64,000 nucleotides of DNA from Tubiluchus corallicola (lineage: Eukaryota > Animalia > Priapulida): the NCBI GenBank assembly GCA_030141605.1, contig JAQGDQ010000660.1:1-64000 (forward strand), read 5' to 3'. The position numbers were made by a program, and so were the translations under genes. Shown here piece by piece: positions 40,601-55,600 of this stretch; position 1 is the stretch's first letter; each line of letters opens with the position of its first letter. The notes under the pieces are model-generated. The model searched no databases, was not told the origin of the DNA, and saw only the letters and a list, made by a program, of their open reading frames with translations.

Positions 40601-43600
40601 CTATACCATGGGCTGTTTTCAAGTTGACTTGAATTCAGCGGAAGTGTGGTATAATGCTGGAACAACTTCATCATTGCCTTGCAAGGAGCAATGTTTAGAT
40701 CTTCATTTTGCATATGCTGGTTTGATAAAGGATGATTGTTATTGCAGCAATAGTTTCGGGTTCCATCCTTTGTCATCGCGTCCCTGTCATTCCGCATCTA
40801 CCGTGAAAGTGCTCAGAACGTCTGGTAAGAATACTCTAACTGGTGCCTACTTGTGCTGGTTCTGGTTTTGAATAGAAAGATTAGTAAAATACTAAAGTGG
40901 GCACTTTAACTTTGATATGGGAGACAAAGGCTGATGGTGCTAAAATTTTGTCCCAAAGTGTAGAGAATTTTGGTAGGATCAAATTAGCATGCTAGTAATT
41001 ATGACACAGGCCACATTTTAATGATATCAATTTGTATAGTAATTTGATTTTTCTTGCATATTGCATGCAGTAGCAGCTCGTGTATGGGCACTCCTTATAA
41101 ACTAGTATTTTTCCTTATAAACAAGCAACAGCCATTTTGGAAATTGCAGCCATATGGCTGACTTTTCGTTGACTCCATATTCAAAATTAATAACCTTAAT
41201 GAGTTCTTGCATTGTGCTATGTTTCATGCTTTTAAGTCGAAATGAGCAATTTTTTCACTATTCTGGCAGCTACATACCCATTCATTTTGGTCAAATGGCA
41301 GCCATCTTTTTACATCATCAATGTCAGACTCTTTATGGTACTCTAATTTCAGCCTACAATGCTACAGAAAAGCACCTTAAATCATTTTCTTGTAATTTTT
41401 ATGATTGAACAATTTGTTTCATATGTTGCCCCTACGAATGTGCAATTAACAACGTCATTGGCTTCCCCCCCCCCCAAAAAAAATAAATAAACGTCATTGA
41501 TCTTACCCACATTAGATTTTATGCTTTTCTTAGTTAGCAAAGAGAATATGAATGCTCTGATTATTTTTTCAAACTTTATGCAATGTTTTCTAAACTGGTT
41601 TCAACATCTTACTCAACAGCTGGCCATAAAATGGCTTCCCGTAACAGTCACTGCAGGATTTTAGATTTACAAGTTTAATACAGTGTTACTGCTAACTTGA
41701 GCATTGCATGCAGTAAGCCAATGTGTAAGTGATGCAAAATTTCTGCGCCTCCAAGACTTTTTTCAGCACAATTGTTTAGCAAGTGCTGAAATTGAAAGTA
41801 CATTGTTTTTTACAAAGTTATTGCCAATGGATGGTTAAACTACTGGCTAGATACATGCAGGTGTTTTAGTTTTTTGGTATTCTGTTTGTTAAACTAGTAC
41901 ATGTATAGCAATTTACAGTATAGTATTTTTTAGTTTTAAATTGATTCCAGACTATATACCTGGTGAGATGTTTGGTACTGGATGTTATCCTGTAAACGGG
42001 CAACAGCGCTGGGATATGACATCTGTCCTAAAGCGGAAAACTATGTCACACAGAATGTGTGTCTTTCACTGTTATAGTAGGTAGACATTATCTTGTTTCA
42101 AATTACTTTTGTATTGTGTAATCTGTGCTTTAATTATTATAACCTTAATATCAAAGTTAGCAATTAATGATGTTGCAAACAGTAATTTAATTTTGGTAGC
42201 AAATTTGAAAGCCTGGATTTAAACCAGGGCCACTATTTATTTATGAGCCAGAGAAGTTAAGCTAAAGCCTGACTTTAATGAAAGATTTTACTGACTAAAT
42301 TAAAGATTACCTTTTTCCCATACTTGATGTAATATTTCTCAGTAATAATATTCAGTTTGGTGAATCGAATTAATTTAAGTTCTTTGTGCAGAGTAAGAAA
42401 TTAACTTTTTTTGACTAAATGCATAATCAACCAACCAGCATGGGTCCACCTCACAATGGCCAATCAGGCATTCCTTTTGCAAGCAGGACATTTGGGCGAG
42501 GGAAAATTGGGCATGGCTGTTCTTTGTCCACTACCTGATTACTATGTAATCTATAAATCCTTTAAAGTTTTTGTATAAAAAGAAATGATTATTTTCCTGA
42601 GTACGTTAGTGTAAAACTTGAATCAACTGTATATAGCATGACTCACTTAATGCATGTAAAAACATTGCTGCTGAACGCATACTATTATCATGCATCTTGC
42701 AAGAAATACAGCAAAATTATGTACAATTATTATTGATCTTGATATTGATAAGCATACATCATTTAATTGACTTACTAATTGATCTAGCTAGTCGTTTTCA
42801 AGTTGACATCTAGTTATAAGCAACTAATGAACAAAATAATGCCTTCTAGATTGGTTTCTTCTAATTTTAGTTATAAATGAGTCTGTTTTCTTTAAACTAC
42901 GCCATTATATAGAAACTTATATCAGCTACCCTAATTTTTAACATAATGACTAGTAAAGATAACAAATTTAATTTTCAAATTTGTACTGTTTTTCGGTAAT
43001 AGTAATGTTTGCTGTTATCCTAAAGATCGGAGAAATTCCGAAATATTAGTAAAAAACAGCATATTTTTAACATCAACAAACTTCACTAACTGATCATTTT
43101 TGGTTGGAAGAAGCAATTGACATTAAAAATTTTTAAAACACTGAAACACATATTCTAGTAATAATGCCTCATATGATTATTATTTCCAGAACATAACTTT
43201 GCTGCACTTGTTGAGGCTGATGAGTGTAGGTGTACCAACTATGCTAATTTCGGCGATCCACGGCCCAGCAAGCAATGTAACAGGCCTTGTGGTGGTTATT
43301 TTACCTGGAGAAATGAACTGGACACTTGTGGAGGACCAGGTGTCATTAATGTATTGAGAATACGCTTTGGTAAGAAAAATATGTTTTATGAATAAAACGG
43401 AAATAAGTTAGATATAACTGGCCAGCTTCTAAGTGAGTTTGCAAAGTACACAGAATTTAAACATACTTTTAAAATTTTTAACATTTGTTGCTGTTAGTAT
43501 AATTGCAATAACTAATTTTTTTAAACTTTGTAACAGATAATTTTTCACTAATTATCATTTTTTTGACAGCTATCAGGCATTTTGATGACATTGTTCACTA

Positions 43601-46600
43601 GCAACATTTATAATGTGGTATTAGGTATAAAATAAAAAATAAAGTTTTTTAAAATAAAATGATGTACATAAAAGAGAAATACAAGCTCTTGTTAGGGCAA
43701 TCTCGTAACAGGGTCGTTCCTAGGTTTTAAAGTTAGGGAGAACAAGCACATAAAACAATTTTTACATATACCACATATTTGACATATACGAAACAATTTA
43801 TAACACATTGATTCTTTCTCTTGATTTACAACTACTTTCATCTTTCTGTCCCGCCCAGACAGTTTCTTAGTGTTTTTCTCTATGACATGCCTTACCACAA
43901 AAAATATGATCACCCTCATAATAAAACGCAATAACACTGTAACTTGCTTTTGCAATATGTAATTGACAGTAGGCCTTCTACTAGACAATTGTGCCTAGAC
44001 AATCTAAACAATGAGTTGCATAAATGTACACTCATTTCGAAAATATGGGAGGCAGTAACGCTGTCTCATAAGAAAAGTGAGATAAAAACTCTTGTTAGGG
44101 GAATCTGGAAACCAAATACACCAACAATGTCATAGTACAATTTATTTAGAACACTTTGGCTGATTTACAGCAAATTTCAGGTTAAAGCAGAATAAATCTA
44201 ACACGGTTAAACAGCAAAAGTGTAATCAAACTGATCAAAATGCAACACACTTAACACAAACAACAACAACAACAACAAATAAGGTAACATTACCAATCAT
44301 TAAGAATAGCGTCAACAAGAATAACAAAACTAGTTATTTGGTGACTAATTTATGTCGTCATACTTAGTATATATGTATGTGGATGTATGTATTACCACAG
44401 TCAAGTAAGTTTGCAATGGTAAGAGTAATTTACATGGTATTAAAACTACTGATACAAAATGCATTTGTGTCTACAGGACAGCACTGTCCACCTGGTTTTA
44501 GGCGAATAGTACCTCATGCTTGCTACCATTTCGCAAATGCCCTTAGAAACTACAACGACTCCGTAACACACTGTGAAAGTCTCAACAGTCGATTGCTGAG
44601 TCTTGAGACTCAATTTGAATATAACGCTTTAGGGAGGTGGATCTTTCATGAACATGGTAAGCGCATAAATAAATTTTGATTGACTGAGTGGTATCTCTTT
44701 AGTTATCAATGTTAAGCAGTACCTAGCCAAGTTTATTAAGGAATGAGTGAGCATGTCACATTTTCTTCTGCCCATAACTGTATGTCTTCAAGCCAGAATA
44801 TAGTGCATTTCACGGTTAGGATGTGCAACAAAATGTCTCGAGGAGAAATTCCTTGCAGCATTCCTCGCGAAAATCATTTCACGAAACATTTCACAGTGAG
44901 GACACAGCCAGAATTACTTCCTCGTTAGGAATTCTGCTGCCAGCTAGAAGCTATGAGTCTTCCTTGTGAAGAATTTTGAGGCATGATAGAAATACTACAT
45001 GTTCCATTGCTGTGACAAATCCTCGCAAAATTCAGTAACAACCTAGTTACTTCTTTCTTATTTAGCAAACAACAATTAACGCATTTCAGGATAAAATTCT
45101 TAGACTTAATCTCTCTTTTAACAGGCCAACAATTTTATATTTTATTAATGCAGTATCGATGGCTACATTCGTGAAAAAATAATAACAAAAAACCGCCTAG
45201 TTTCACTGTGAAATGAACTTTCTTGCTGCATGTGATTTTGAGAAAAACTGGAAATTTTCTGTAGATTTTTTTGTTTTCTGACAGCAATTCTGTGCGTCAT
45301 TTTTCCTTGCGTCCTCACTGTGAAATGGGTTTTAGTTACTTTTGATAAGACAATGAACTGGACCTGTGCTACATAAAAGACTAACTTAGCATTTAGGACA
45401 AAATATCAGTAAAATCAGTTCAACACAGTCAGTGAAATCAGTACCAAATCAGCCAAGAGAGTTGCCAGGTGCAAGAACAACATGTTAGTTTCCAGTCATT
45501 AAGGAAAAAGCTTCATCTTATGTGTGACAATTCTGAAAAGTAGAAAATGATATAAGAACATAACAACAATTGATGTTGAAAAAATCATGTACTTTGTAAA
45601 TGTACATTAAAGCATACTAACTTTTCATTGGTATTTTATTAAACAAGTATGTTTAAGTGAGTGTCCTTATTTCATTTAAATGACAGAAATATCATTAGTA
45701 AGATATTATTTGAATCCTCAAAATAAAAATGAATCCCAATACTTGGTTCTGTTTATTTAAATGCAATGAGCATCCTGTACCAGCTGCAATGTTTTAAAAT
45801 GCCCCCGTAAGGCATTTCATTTGACCAATCAGCTTATTGTCCCTAAATTTCTTTCTTTTGTATAGTTGTGGCACTTTCTGCATTGGTAAGAAGTTCTGCC
45901 AATAAGTAATATTTTTTCCTATTTTAGAATGTGTTATTAAAGCATAAATGACACGTGTCTAATGAAATGTTATGAAGCTGCTTTGATGTTTATTTGCATT
46001 TAATTTTATTTGGTAACTTGATATATTTATATATTTATAGGACTTATGCTGCCTATTTAATGCGGTGTGAAAGTTTAATAATAGCACTAGTTACACGCAA
46101 TCAAATAAATTTAGTACTATCTTTTTACTAATGTAATCTTTTTAATGTAAACGTCACTGTTTTATATGCAGCGCAGTTCGTAAGTCCCTCAGAATTTTTA
46201 AAAATTTGCTAAAATAGTGAAACTTGCAAGAACTACATGGCAGTTTGGTTGCTGAGTCTTCGATTCATGAAACATTTGATGTCATTAAACTTGGCTTAAT
46301 AAGTTTACTGAAATGTCACTGTTGTGCTTTAAAATGTGCACCAAACCAAGTCATCTTTTTAGGCACATCTTTTTTTGCATTCTTGGCCAATCAATATTAG
46401 ACATCATTTTGTGAGTAACAGAAGCATCCCCCATTCATTCCTTTAGACTGGGGAAGCATGCAGTTTGATGGCCTACACTTGGCTCTTGATGTAGCCTCAC
46501 AAAAATGTTGCATAGTCTGTGATTCAGCGAGTGAACAGTCCTTGCTGTCCTACACCTGTGCTATAGATCAGCATAATAGTAGGAAAAAGTAACACAAAAT

Positions 46601-49600
46601 TTCAGATGTAGACTCAAAAAAATTTCCAAGTACTTTGGAACAGTTTGCAACAAGACGAATGTATTTAGTCACTTCCATTATTGTATTTACTATTTCCCAT
46701 CGTTTGTCATTGTTTGTCAGATAAAATATTTTTTATTCTTTTTTCTTGACATAGCTTCCACATTCTACTATCAAGTAAGTGACATTCCGTACTAACTGTG
46801 ACATAGTTTGCTGTTCTGACCAAACTGTGAACTGGCTTTCCTTTAGCTAGAGTTCTCATTCTCTGACTTTTCATTCAATAAATTCAAATCTAACCAACTC
46901 CAAAATTCCAAGTCTAATGCATCAGTGATCGTTTTTAAAAAACAACCTGGTCATCAGGTTACACTTACTGGTTAATAACAATTGTCAGCCAACGGCCTAG
47001 AGAAAATTCTATGAAGGACTAGCAATTCGGCTGTTCCTATTTTTTAGACAGGTTGTCACATTGTGGACACCCAGCACGTATCATAACAAGGTTTCTTTAT
47101 CATTGAATGTATGTGGCAGAACTGAAATCTAGTTCAGTTTTAGTGTAATCTTCTTAGTGTGATAAATATAAAACAGAATTAAAGGCAAAACGAATTGAAG
47201 AATTAGGCGTAATTTACAAGCTATGTATTGTCATCAATGTGAGGTATTTGTTCCTGGTAACAGGAAGTGCTATTTAGTTTGGGATAAAAAAATTTATTAT
47301 AATCATAATTTTAAAAAATAATAAAGTAACATTCATTAGGCCAGTAACGGATGATTGTTTTGATTGAAATTTTTTAGATGCGTCCCAGGTTTGTTGTGCA
47401 TGGACTAGTGGTTACCATGATGGTACATCATGGAAATGGGCATCTACTGGCAAGAATTTCACATATCAAAATTGGGCACCTGGGGAACCCAGCGGTGGCA
47501 TCGCGGGAACACCACATGTGTGGTTCAACGATGATTTTCAAATTGATGATGTAAGCCATGATGGAATTGGTTACACTGTGTGTGAAAAAGGTAACTTGTG
47601 CAAAATGTCAAAACTACTGCTTTTGCATTTTCATAATTTTTTGCATGAGTTGTTGTATACTTTCATTTGCAATTTATATAGTTGTATTGGTGCTGCCACC
47701 TGCAATTCCTCTATATTATTTGATAGACGCTTCTGTTATTTTAGCTGCATTTTTATCTCTTAACTTTAGTTTTGCTTTAATTGTGCTTTATGTATTAAAT
47801 AACAACAGCAGTATGTAAACTTTTCCTTTAGCAGTATGTAAACTTTTTTAACACTGTTATTGCAAATCTTTGAAGCATAATCTTGACACATTTTTATCCA
47901 TGTTGCTGCTTTGGTCTCTGCTTTTTTGTCACTTGTACCTGCTGGGCTTTCCACATATGGTCATGTACTGTGCATTGTGTTGCACCGGCCATTCAGGTAG
48001 ACTCAGTAGGCGAAATCTGAGTTGTGTAGCTCTGCCAAGGCCAGCCTTGGGGCTTTGCTTTCTTTTTGCTGCTGAGTTGGCATGATTAGCATGTACCTCT
48101 CTTTCATCTGCAAATATGACAGCAGTACTGTAAAACTGTGTAAATAGTGTTAGTAAGATCATCTTCATGGTTTAACATAGAGTTCCTGTTGCTTTTTGTT
48201 CTAACCACCTGTGTGAAACAGCTAGATCTTCAGTCAAAAATCTCCCACGTTGCAAGTTTCCTTAAACCAGTTCAACAACTTTTTACAAGTTTTCTGCAAG
48301 ATATGCCATATTTTTTTGCAAAATATACTTTTTTCCAGCAAAAAGCCTACCTAAAAATCAGGTTACAAGCTGAATGTATGGTCTAATGTAAGCCATAACT
48401 TTTATTATTACACTTATAATAGGCAAATATACTAACGGCAATTGACTCATGAACCTCCTGTCATACCCAGAATGATTTTTTGGAATGAAATTAAATATTA
48501 CAATTGCTGGCAAACTTCGTCAATCCTGCCGTCATTTTTGTAAACATAAACACGACAAGCATCCAGCCTGTGTCAAGTCAGCTGTAGGGCTAATTAGGTA
48601 CTTATATGCCAGGATGTTACTGATGCCACTGATGGTAACTTTTTGAATTTTGCAGACTGCTTTTACAATTTATATTTGTAGTTGAGTTTCTGATTAATGA
48701 CTCAACATTAGAAATGTTAATGGAAACTGACAATATCTGTCTCTTTGGACTCAAATGTTGCTTATCTTGATTTAACATTCGATCTATACTAGATTATTAC
48801 ACGTCCACTCATACTGTTACTCATGTGATGGCTTCATTAAATTTTTATTAAAATTAAATTAAAATTGGAACAGTTAAACTGATAATCCATGTGCTACGGC
48901 ATAAAATACTGTTCTCGGTAGTTTTAGCAGATAAAATGAACGGTATTATGTTGCACGTGCCCTACAACAGATAGGGATAGACAGATAGATAGAAAGACAG
49001 ACCTTTATCAACAAAATATTTGCAACGTCATGTATGATACTGGAATCACAAATAACATGACAGTTATTTCCTAAAGACAAATACTGATGATCCTAATAGC
49101 ATTATAAATTAAAAAACCTACCGACAAAAAACTATAACTTAAGGAACAGATCACATGACAAACACAAAAATGAGTAAATGAAAACAAACATACATACGTA
49201 ATGCAAACAAACATCAGGCACTATTTTTACACTAATTACCTGAACTATACGGAACTAACTAAACATGTGTAACAAAATTTAAACACAAAAGCATGAAACC
49301 ATTGTGTAAAATATGCAATATAAAAGTATGTTAGCATATAAAGTGTATAATTGCACATATGTTAAGAACCTATATATATGTAGCATCGATATATGTAATC
49401 TGGATCAGTTGGTATAATCTGGTCATGCCTGTAAGCTGGTTTATTATATTTTTAATTGTAAAAATTTGTTCCAGCCTTTTTTGTAGTTTGCAAGTGTCTG
49501 AATTAAGAGTCAAAGTGTGTCATTAATGCACCATAAAAAACGTTTTAAAGTTGAAAAAAATTGCAAATTAAAAAATAACTTTGATACTTTTTATAATAGT

Positions 49601-52600
49601 TAAATATGGAAATTACATTTAAAATGGAACGGTAATTATTCTTGACATTTATTTTAATAACTTCACTTAATTTTGGTTTTATTTTGTGAGGGTGGCTAAT
49701 AAAATACTGTAATGAATATTGAAATATGTGATTATGAATGGAAAAAAATGAAAATGAATGAATGTGTTTGGCTTTTTCAGTGGCTTGTTAATTCCATAGA
49801 ATAATTGCTGTTTTTGCTAAACTTTTGTGCCCGTATACATATTGTGTGTTATTACTTGCAAAATGCTATGTGTTCTCTGGTGTTTTTAATTGTAGGCAAG
49901 AGAGGGAGCTTCTGTGATTTAAAAAGGATAATGAGGTTGTTGACGTACTTGTAGAAAAAATAAGTGTAGTGTTTCGTGTGAAATTCAGTGGTGGGCATTT
50001 TTAATGATCTCCTTATTGATTTGCTGGACTGTTCATTTTAATAATTCCTATGAGCTTTTTAACAAGTCGAAACGCGTAATTGTGTAATGCTCTTATGTTT
50101 CGAGGCTTTGAATAGAAGAGTTATTGTATGAGATACATTCATAAATGTAATAAGAAAGCTCAAAAGATTTATAAATCAAACGTTTTCTTTCATTTATTTT
50201 TCCTCTTATTTGCCTTAAATAACTGATGCTGGCAGATATTTTTTATGTACGTTATCTAACTGATCTCTGCATTTTAGGGTGTTAAGCAACTGCAGCTCCT
50301 ACGTTCCTATTGAGATTCTTTGTGTTTCGTGTATTGTTCACATTGTTTACCTGGCCAGGACTTAGCAACATAAATTCAGTTGTGTTTTCATTCCTTGTTA
50401 GTTTGTGTGAGCCAAAGAATGTCTTGATGTTCTGTAAATCAGGTTGTAGATTGTTAATTGCTTCATTTACATTTGTACTTGATGAACACAAACTTGTGTC
50501 ATCAGCATATTATGTGCAGGACCTACGTCATTAACGTAGAGACAGAATAGTGAAGAACCATGCAAGCATGGTGTCTTGTGGGACTCCTTTTTTTAAAGTT
50601 CTCCATCCTGAATAATGCCTGTGTAAGGTTCTTACACATAGCTAAACTAGATATTGCTGTAGTATAGTCTGTGGGAAGGGCTTCCTACCTATCACCCCTC
50701 CTTTCATAATATACTATAACCTAACCATGCATAACATGATCTTGGAAAGTACATGACAGATATCCAGCAGAGGATGAAAGCAGCCAAAATGCTTTAACTT
50801 TCAACTTTAACTTTACTTTACAAAAATGGTTAAAAATCCTAAACTTGGTAATAAGAGTCTCTGAAGCACTAAACTTGTGCACATCTGCTATTTGACTGAT
50901 CTAACATAAAGAGACTATCAATGGTGATACCAAACTACTTCAGTTTTGATGTTGTGGATGGAGCTGTATTGACACTGATGAGATGTTGAAACTCTCTACG
51001 ATGTGTCTAATTCTAAACTACATGGAGAGGCGTGACTAGCCACCAGTGTCCAGACGTTGTGGATTGTGGATGTATCCTTAGTCAACCACAAAGACTTGTG
51101 AGCCATTCCTTAGTTCGTATTTGATTGGTGCTGCAGCCGGCGTCATCACCATTGATTGTCATGGCCATAGATTTGAAGTCGTTGATGTATTGCTGTGACT
51201 GACGGGAGTGAGCTACGTCCGCGGACTCCTCTCCCATGTCCTTGTCCTCTCAGGGGAAGGGTTAACTGATAAGTAGACATTTTGTCTTCTTTTTACTTTG
51301 TCATTTTTGTTATTATTAACTGCCTTTACGCAAAACTGTTACTGATAATTTAACCTGTTCTAATTTATCTAAACAGAGTAAAAAGTAAATAAAAATAGTA
51401 AAAAATAATCATAATCTTTTCCTCCATTTCATATGAGATTTTATTGTTGGAATGTTTGAAATCTATGTATGTCATGGTCAACATGGAAAACCATAATGCC
51501 TAAGTAGACCACCGTAAAACGTAACATCAAGCCTTAGACCCGCTGGTTTTTCAAGTGAGCCCTTCGGCATTGCAACCTCTCTAAAGACCAGTGTCCAGAC
51601 GTTGTGGATTGTGGATGTATCCTGAGTCAACCACAAAGACTTGTGAGTCATTCCTTAGTTCGTATTTGATTGGTGCTGCAGCTGGCATCATCACCGTTGA
51701 TTGTCATGGCCATAGATTTGAAGTCGTTGATGTATTGCTGTGACTGACTGGAGTGAGCTATGTCCGCAGACTCCTCTCCCATGTCCTTGTCCTCTCAGGG
51801 GAAGGGTTAACTGATAAGTAGACATTTTGTCTTCTTTTCACTTTGTCATTTTTGTTATTATTAACTGCCTTTACGTGAAACTGTTATTGATAATTTAACC
51901 TGTTCTAATTTATCTAAACAGAGTAAAAAGTAAATAAAAATAGTAAAAAATAATCATAATCTTTTCCTCCATTTCATATGAGATTTTATTGTTGGAATGT
52001 TTGAAATCTATGTATGTCATGATCAACATGGAAAACCATAATGCCTAAGTAGACCCCCGTAAAACGTAACATCAAGCCTTAGACCCGCTGGTTTTTCAAG
52101 CGAGCCCTTCGACATTGCAACCTCTCTAAAGACATATTAATTATACAGGTGTCGTTGAAATTTTTGGTTCATATGCCTTGTTGCCCCCTGGAAAATTGTA
52201 GGACAACAACCACCCACGTATGTTGCACAACCCTTTTATTGTGAATAAAAGATGACGCGACAGGTTAGTCAGATTTGTGGATGAGTTGGGAGGTAAAGAG
52301 TTGCACCGCCACCATAAAAATCTACTAGCTCCCAACAGCCTGGGACTTGCTGTATGCGTCTGATAGTGTTTGACTAACTTGGTTACAAATTTATTAAATC
52401 CTAGTTGCTGTAACTTTGAATTTAGTAATATGTTTCCCAGCTGTCAAAAGCTTTACTGAGGTCTATGACTGCAATTGCTACATGTTAATTTGCTCTCCAA
52501 GTCTGTGTTGCAAATATTATGCCATTAATTGTTGAGTAATGTTTCTGAAAACACACTGTTTGAGTTCAAGATATCATTATTGTCCGCATTGCATGAAAGG

Positions 52601-55600
52601 GTTTCACTTTCATTTGTGTCAACTCCTTCTGGTTTCACTGCACTGGAAATGATTTGGTGTGTGCAAAGTAACTCCACCTCCTTGTTTTGTTTGACTGTTT
52701 TTCCTCATTAAGGTCTAGTTCTGCAGCTAAATTACTTTTAAATACATTTTTGTCCCCACTAAAGCTGTTATTACATTCTCAAATCATTTAACATCATTCT
52801 TAAGTTGAGAATGTTTCTTTACTAGACTTTGGATGTGAATAACATGGACTTCAATTTTTTCTTGTAAAGTTCAGTTTAATCTTTAATTTCACAGAAATTT
52901 GGGCCTGGATTTACTTTCATTCCCGATATCAAAAGCTGAAAAAATATAACTACTTAGATATGTATGACTGGAGTTTTTGAAACAGTTTTCAGTTTTAACA
53001 TAACTAAGTGATAAATATTATTGTGAAGAAAATGTTGGGTCATAAAAAATATGTTTATATGTAAGCTTAAGTCGAGTAGCTGTTTTTTAATGTATGATAA
53101 ATATATTGAACTGCAAATTAATATTTTAGTTAAAACGTTACTTCCAAACAATGTCTGGAAGGTGTTCCTGCCAGGTCACTAGAGGTCTGATTATAAGTGG
53201 GATAAGAATATTCAATTATAAGCAATAAACAATACGCTAACATTTCAAGCTTCTGGCTGCTTCCTATGGTTACAGCTAAAACTTGTACCAGTACAAGTGA
53301 AATCAGCTGTATTGATTTTGAGCACATAATGGCTAGTGAGCTTGCCAGGTAAGAGCCGGCAAATAATAACATTACTTGAAAGTGGAAAAATAGTTTTAAT
53401 TAATATCACAAACAGTAACGTCTTCATAATTATTCAGAGTTCTACAATAACTGCACTTAAAAAAATTTAAATTAGGGCTATTCAGCAGATAATTGAAAGA
53501 AAACTAAATTAGTAAACTCATCCGGGGCTGGTGCTAGGAAGTGCAGGTTCCAATTAGACAATTGTTAGTGGGGCCCTCTACCCTACAAAAGCTGAAGATT
53601 TATGTTTTGTGCTTTCCGGAAATATTCAATTATCTCGACCAGAAATAAGCAACAACAAGGAGTATATTCGTAGCTTTAACTCTGAATAGCGCCAACAGAA
53701 AAAATGGCTTTGCCGCTGTGAAGTAAAAATGCATTGTTTTGCTTCCCATGTTTGCTGTATGGAGGTGATGTAACGATTCAAGTGTAATTTTCTGAAGCAG
53801 CACCCCCACTAATTTTAGCTGCTGTTTCGTGTAGTATGCCATGCTTAGTCAAAAAATGTTGAGGGCTTGAGGCTCCACCATTCGCCATAGTGGTATGTAC
53901 TAGAAATTGAAAACCTGTACGAAATATTTGAAGTTTTATTACAAGTCAAGATATTTACTGGCATACTGTTTATGTTCCTTCTAAAAACAGACTCTTCTGG
54001 CTTTTTTATTCAAGAAATCTTTCAAAATTATTTCAAAGTTAATGGTTTTTACAGCCATTTTCTATAGAGAGCAACACCAAATTATTTAGTCCGTCTAGTA
54101 AAGTTGTTGACCCAGGTATGTTTTAATCAGTTCTGACTTTTGAAAAACTTTTTTCACCTGATGCGACTGTTACGAGCATTGTCAAGCAAATCCTCGTCGC
54201 AATAAAAACATTAAGAAATGCTGTAAATCTATTGTTCGCTGCCAGGTCTTCAGCACAACCTTGCAATAGGACTAAACTAAATCGCGTGCTATGCACGGTG
54301 TGCTTCGAACAACTAATACATTAGGGCTCACTAACTACCTTTCTAAAAGATAATTGGTGATGAACTAAAATTACAAAACAAATTAACAAGCGATCAGTAA
54401 AAATGCATTGAAACATAGATATACATCGTTTCAGTACGTTCACAATATCAAGAAAATTCGTGCATGCTCATTTGGTCTTTTTATAGCGTCTCCGGTTCGA
54501 GCGTGTGCACAGGACCCCTCGTGGGCGGGGCCCAATTTGAAGAAATTGGTAAAATAGGCTTATGACTGGCCCTGTACTCATTTTGTCCTGTACTGTAATA
54601 CATTATGTAACTCATGCCTGGGGAAAAATTTAAAGGCAATTCCAACAAATAGTAATATTTTTAATTGATTCACATGATAATTTGAATGGAATTACTTTGT
54701 AGAATTTTTTGCGTTTTTTCTTCGTTTAAATGATAAAAAATATCTGAATATCGGAAACCTTGTTAATTGCAATACTTATAAAACTGTGTTTTATTGCGAT
54801 GGAGACAGAAATTTTTGTTACAAAGACATTGTGTCTCTCAAGTGACTTATTTATAAGTTTTTGAAAAATACTGTTACGATTACATTTATGCAAACAGGAG
54901 ATACGTGTCCACCCGGTTTTATGTCGCTACCATCTCATGGCTGCTACTATTACACAATGGAAACAATGACATATGATGAGGCAAAAGTATACTGCGAAAG
55001 TCTTAACAGTCGACTGTTGAGTATTGAGACATTACTTGAGTTTGAAAGTCTGAAGTCATGGCTCATACATGAACAGAGTAAGACTTTAAGAACATTAATA
55101 AAGATAAGTTTAAACTGTTAAAGATTTCATACCAGAGATGAAGAAAATGCTCTTGTATAAAAGTATTGAAATGTCATTAATGAAATGAGATTGCCAAAAC
55201 ATGTTAAATTAGATATTTAAATAAAACATGAGTAGAAGTTATTCATTCATGCTCTTTAACATAATAAAAGAGTTTTGTAGCATGACTATTGCAAACAAAA
55301 GGTACCAGTGTCTGACTTTTGCAGGCTGTGGACTCTTTTGTATCTATTTCTGCCACAAAATTTTATTGTATTTATTGTTGTTCAGTTATGTTGTTTGTGC
55401 TATAAAGAAGAACTCAAATTTTTAAATGGTACACACTTGAGCAGCATAGAGGTCTAAAAAGAAGGAAAAGTTTTGTAAAATTATGGAATAGTTTTCCAGA
55501 CAAACAAACAGAAAAGTTACGTGCAGTTTGCAAGCTATGTGCTGTGATCAATTTGCACTATTTTTTACTGAGGAATAGGTAAAACTTAATATAGCATACA

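Noticed and set aside
50970-51010. CTGATGA...GAAAC hammerhead-like motif
   Set aside because: No stem II pairing and no GUH triplet positioned before a stem I partner.
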